NCBI GenBank assembly: GCA_051294375.1 | Contig: CM119264.1 | Span: 28,487,132 to 28,499,006, forward strand | Length of the DNA stretch: 11,875 nt | Source of the DNA: Paraspadella gotoi | Lineage: Eukaryota; Animalia; Chaetognatha | Direction: 5' to 3' | Shown here: one piece after another, positions 8,373-11,875 of the stretch | How the letters are laid out: each line of letters starts with the position of its first letter | Numbering within the stretch: the stretch's first letter is position 1 | The notes under the pieces: model-generated | Told to the model about the DNA's origin: nothing | Databases searched by the model: none | Seen by the model: only the letters and a program-made list of their open reading frames with translations | Translations under genes and position numbers: made by a program

Positions 8373-8828
8373 GTACTTCGATTTATCCGGTCGACAAATC
8401 CTCTCCGGCCATGAGGGCGGCAACCTCCAGTGGAGCCTCTGGGCCAAACGAGTTGGCGCATCCACAGATTGTCCAGGGGTTATGATATCTTCGTCGGGGG
8501 TGTCGTATCCATCAGAGTCGTCTTCGTCGTCGAGCGAGAGCCATTCCAGATCCGATCGACGATTCGAATCCCGCCGTCGCGTACGCCGTCGTCGCCCGTC
8601 GTCGTCGCGCTTTGCGGTCCGGTCGGCGGTCTTGGAATGGCCGAGGAATCAGGGTGCCAAAGTTGAGAGGAGTGGAGAGTTCAGGGGGGTAAAGGGTTGC
8701 CCTGGGGTACCTAGTAAGGGGATCGATGACTTCCCTGACGGCCGCGCTGCCCTTCTCTGTTGGTATACTCGGTTTTCTCGGAGCGTCTGGCCGACCAAAT
8801 GTTTATTTGATGACCCGTTGAGATGGCG
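8373..8828 (-). CDS. Candidate exon of unknown product (basic Arg-rich stretch followed by acidic DLEWLSLDDEDDSDGYDTPDEDII)
   Basis: GC-rich island in AT-rich flanks. One minus frame is open from 8828 to 8355 except for a single TGA at 8649-8651. Donor-like GTACGT/GTAAG occur at 8376/8372. No family was recognised, and a plus-strand ORF (8482..8832) is an alternative. Confidence 0.4.
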
Positions 8829-8953
8829 TTAGAGGATTGGCGTTTCGAGAGGCGTTGAAAGTTTAATATTGAGCTATAATTTTGGTGCCGAATTCTGTTT
8901 GGTTTAATGTTTTTTTCTTTTAAGGGTTTTGTGATCGTCCTCGTCGGCTCGAA

Positions 8954-9006
8954 TCGTCGTCGGGGTCGTCGTCGTTCGTCGTCGGTCGTCGCGTCGTCGT
9001 CGTCGT
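8954..9006. repeat. (TCG)n imperfect microsatellite
   Basis: Interrupted GTC/TCG repeats. Confidence 0.8.
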
Positions 9007-9509
9007 GTTGAAATGACCGAATGGAATCGGATGGAGAAAACTGGTTTGGAATGTCCGGGGGGGGTGGGTAAGTGTGCTGGTAAGTCGTTGCCCCCTAACG
9101 TTCTTTTTTCTTATGAGGATATTGTTAAAAAAGATAAAAATAAAGGGAAAATAACGTAGGTTTGACGAGAAATTTCCACACTTAGCAATTTTATTTAAGT
9201 AATTAAGAATAAAATTTTTGATATTATTCTTTCGGCGCAATTATTTTATAGATTATTTATTGATTCTTTTGTTCATGCTTCCTGACTTAAAAAGAGTGTC
9301 TTCTCTTCTTGTTTATGTATTTTGAATTTTTGTACTGAAATTCAACTTTGGTGCAATTCGAATAAAAAAAACCTCTTATAATATAGAGGTTAATATAGTT
9401 AATATATTTATATAGTTAAATTTAATATAGACAGTTATATATTATTTAGAAACAAATAGGCTCAAGCAATTTTTTCCCCAACCAAATATACAACTTTTCC
9501 TCCAAAAAC

Positions 9510-9850
9510 CTGGTCAAGAGAGCGAAATGGCCAGAAAAGCCGCTGCTTCCAAGACGCCGTCTACGAGGGCGCCTAAAGAAGGCCGCGGTGCGGGGTCAAC
9601 ATTCCTCGACACGACTTGTTATCGGAGTTTCCGCGCGTTGTCCCTCCCCCCGTCCACAGGCCCGACTCCTTTCGATTCCGCGCTTTCCGTTTTAATTTGT
9701 GGCGCCCGCGAAGGACTGATCGGAGCGCCGTTGGTGGTGTCTCCGTTTTTCAGTTCGGGCTTGGCCGCATACGGCGTCGGTCCGGGCTTATTAAAGGTAT
9801 GGACTCGACTGACTGACTCGAGGACTTGGACGGCTAGATGGTTGGATAAG
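9510..9850 (-). CDS. Candidate exon of unknown product (low-complexity Pro/Gly/Ser/Lys-rich)
   Basis: Sharp GC-rich island with a canonical acceptor CCTATTGTATTCCAG| ending at 9851 (minus strand). The frame reads LSNHLAVQVLESVSRVHTFNKPGPTPYAAKPELKNGDTTNGAPISPSRAPQIKTESAESK..., with an in-frame TAA at 9619-9621. There is a weak donor CAG|GTTTTT at 9509. The strand is uncertain because the antisense frame (9527..9886 +) is also open. Confidence 0.4.
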
Positions 9851-10766
9851 CTGGAATACAATAGGATACCTTACGAAATAATATAAAAACAGATACCTTT
9901 TAAAATAATTTAGGCGGTTTTAACCCGAGACAGACCGGAGGGATTTAAAACAGAGAGACAGATGCTGCGACGAAACCATAAGAAAAAATCCGAGAAAACT
10001 GAATGAGCAATGTCAGTCGTGAGAATAAGAGAGAGATAGTAAAAGAATAAACCAAAGAGAAAGAGAGATCATGATTTAGGCTAAAAGACAGATAGATAGA
10101 ATTCGATGGACAGAAGCGGAAAAGCAAGGACAGACAGACGCGAATATAGAAAGACCGGGATGAGAGATCGGCTCACGATACAGAACAACAAACCGACAGG
10201 GACAACATGTTCAGAAAAAGACAGGGATAAATGCATCGGCAGCAGATGAAAAAAGTAACCAGAATCTTTTGATTAGTTTTTTTTGTTAGACATTCGATGA
10301 TGAAAAGTTCGCTGGGAAAATAAATTTATGTCGCGAATTGATTAGGACGCATGAAATTGCTTGGACACTTTTGTTGTAATTGAATTGGGAATTGAATTGA
10401 ATTGACGGAAGTAATAGAAATGAAAAGCTTGCAGGTTTTCTGCTGAGATGGAAAGACCTTATAGAAGACAAGAACCGACCCGACAATACTCAATCGGTCA
10501 AAGACAAGATAACTTTCGTATTTAGTTTTTTTAGCATTTAGTTTGGTGGAGGCGAACATAATTTAAGGCGGGGGAAATAACATCAATTTAGCACTATTGG
10601 TTTTAATGTCAAGGGACGCGCGGAGGGGTTTGCGCCTGGGCTTATGTCAATAATGCAAGGAGAGAACGGTATTAATCTTATTTGGAAAAGGAACAAAATA
10701 CCAATATGGCGACTCGAATAGATAAAGTGACGATCTGAAGCTAAATTAGCTATTCGATTCCCTTAA

Positions 10767-10791
10767 NNNNNNNNNNNNNNNNNNNNNNNNN
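10767..10791. other. Assembly gap, 25 N
   Basis: Run of 25 N directly before the duplicated segment. Confidence 0.98.
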
Positions 10792-11875
10792 AAAATCTAT
10801 TTTTAGCTCTTGGTCGGTCGCATGACAAAGATGGTCTTTTGTTAAAGTTTGTTTGTTTATATAAGCGTTATAAATACGCGCCAATTAGAATCTAAAGTAA
10901 AACTTAACTTAACTTTAGACTTAAATATTACATGTACGTTCATATTCGGATATAAATAGAAAACAAAAAATTTATATCGTAACGTAAAAGTGAATTATGT
11001 TTCATAGTATTATTAATTGTTACATAGTTTTAATTCTACTCATTTCATTACTCTCCATATATTTCTCTCTCNNNNNNNNNNAGATAAACCATCCGCGGCT
11101 GGTGGGAAAATTTGTTTCCAGGTCTCAAAATTAGCTTTGTTAAACATTTTTTTCTTTGGTCGTCGAATGATTACCCTCTTAGAGGATTCACTTGTATCTG
11201 GTTGAGAGGATGGAGATGGGAGGGGGTGGAGGAGGAGGAGGAGGAGGAGGAGGAGGAGGAGGAAGAGGAAGAGGAGGAGGAGGAAGAAGAAAACATAAAA
11301 AGGTTGATGACGATAAACGTGCAACATTAACGGACCCATCGTTCGATAAGAGGGAATATTTTATAGTAAAGAAATGTTAAAAACAAGAGAATTGATTGTT
11401 TAATATTTATATTTTGAAACACTTTTACAAAAAGAAATAAAAAGGATTCAATTCCAACGACAGTTTATGTCCAACAAAGAAACCAATAGTTTACTACATA
11501 GTTTATGAAAAATTCCATGATTGCTTGTTTTACTGAATTATAATTTTATATTTTATAGTAAAATTTTAAAATAAATGTNNNNNNNNNNNNNNNNNNNNNN
11601 NNNNNNNNNNNNNNNNNNNNNNNNNNNNNNNNNNNNNNNNNNNNNNNNNNNNNNNNNNNNNNNNNNNNNNNNNNNNNNNNNNNNNNNNNNNNNNNNNNNN
11701 NNNNNNNNNNNNNNNNNNNNNNNNNNNNNNNNNNNNNNNNNNNNNNNNNNNNNNNNNNNNNNNNNNNNNNNNNNNNGCATCTATACAACACAAAGTTAAA
11801 AGTTACTTTCTGCCCTTAATTAGATATTAGACATAATTCTTGTTAAGAAGTCATTTATTGAAAATTTCAAAATAT
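10792..11875 (+). repeat. Copy 2 (cleaner, gapped) of segment 5449-7276
   Basis: Colinear with copy 1. Its gaps (11072-11081, 10 N; 11579-11776, 198 N) sit where copy 1 has the CT/GA microsatellites and the very AT-rich 7021-7160 stretch. Confidence 0.93.
11226..11290. repeat. (GAG/GAA)n microsatellite
   Basis: Clean GAG run grading into GAA; a scrambled counterpart lies at ~6510-6590. Confidence 0.95.

Noticed and set aside
9527-9600. MARKAAASKTPSTRAPK resembling a histone H3 N-terminal tail
   Set aside because: Only superficial compositional similarity; no ARTKQTARKS motif and no histone fold follows.
11040-11380. Poly-Glu/Gly/Leu ORFs
   Set aside because: They are translations of the (GAG)n microsatellite.
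11546-11799. ORFs made mostly of X
   Set aside because: Artefacts of the 198-N gap.

Overview
Eukaryotic draft-scaffold DNA: AT-rich, not CpG-depleted, dense in (CT/GA)n, (ACG)n and (GAG)n microsatellites. An invertebrate or arthropod origin is plausible but is only an inference. Much of the window reads like insertion-rich, unpolished long-read sequence between two 25-N gaps, so most ORF-track entries are noise. The main signal is a tandem array at ~686-1937 with 11 units. My by-eye consensus unit is 93 bp (31 codons) and on the minus strand reads WLCSPCGSNNSRALCKCALCNAHCAHLALGT, which fits the RanBP2/NZF zinc-finger signature W-x-C-x2-C-x3-N-x6-C-x2-C. Upstream on the same strand are a 27-bp (9-codon) minisatellite, Ser/Thr/Pro-rich coding-like sequence and plausible splice sites. 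Together these suggest a frameshift-riddled gene with a minisatellite-encoded RanBP2-type finger array. Two further GC-rich exon candidates (8.4-8.8 kb, 9.5-9.85 kb) and two internal duplications (probably gap-filling artefacts) are also present. I found no rRNA, tRNA, CRISPR array or recognisable transposon ORF.
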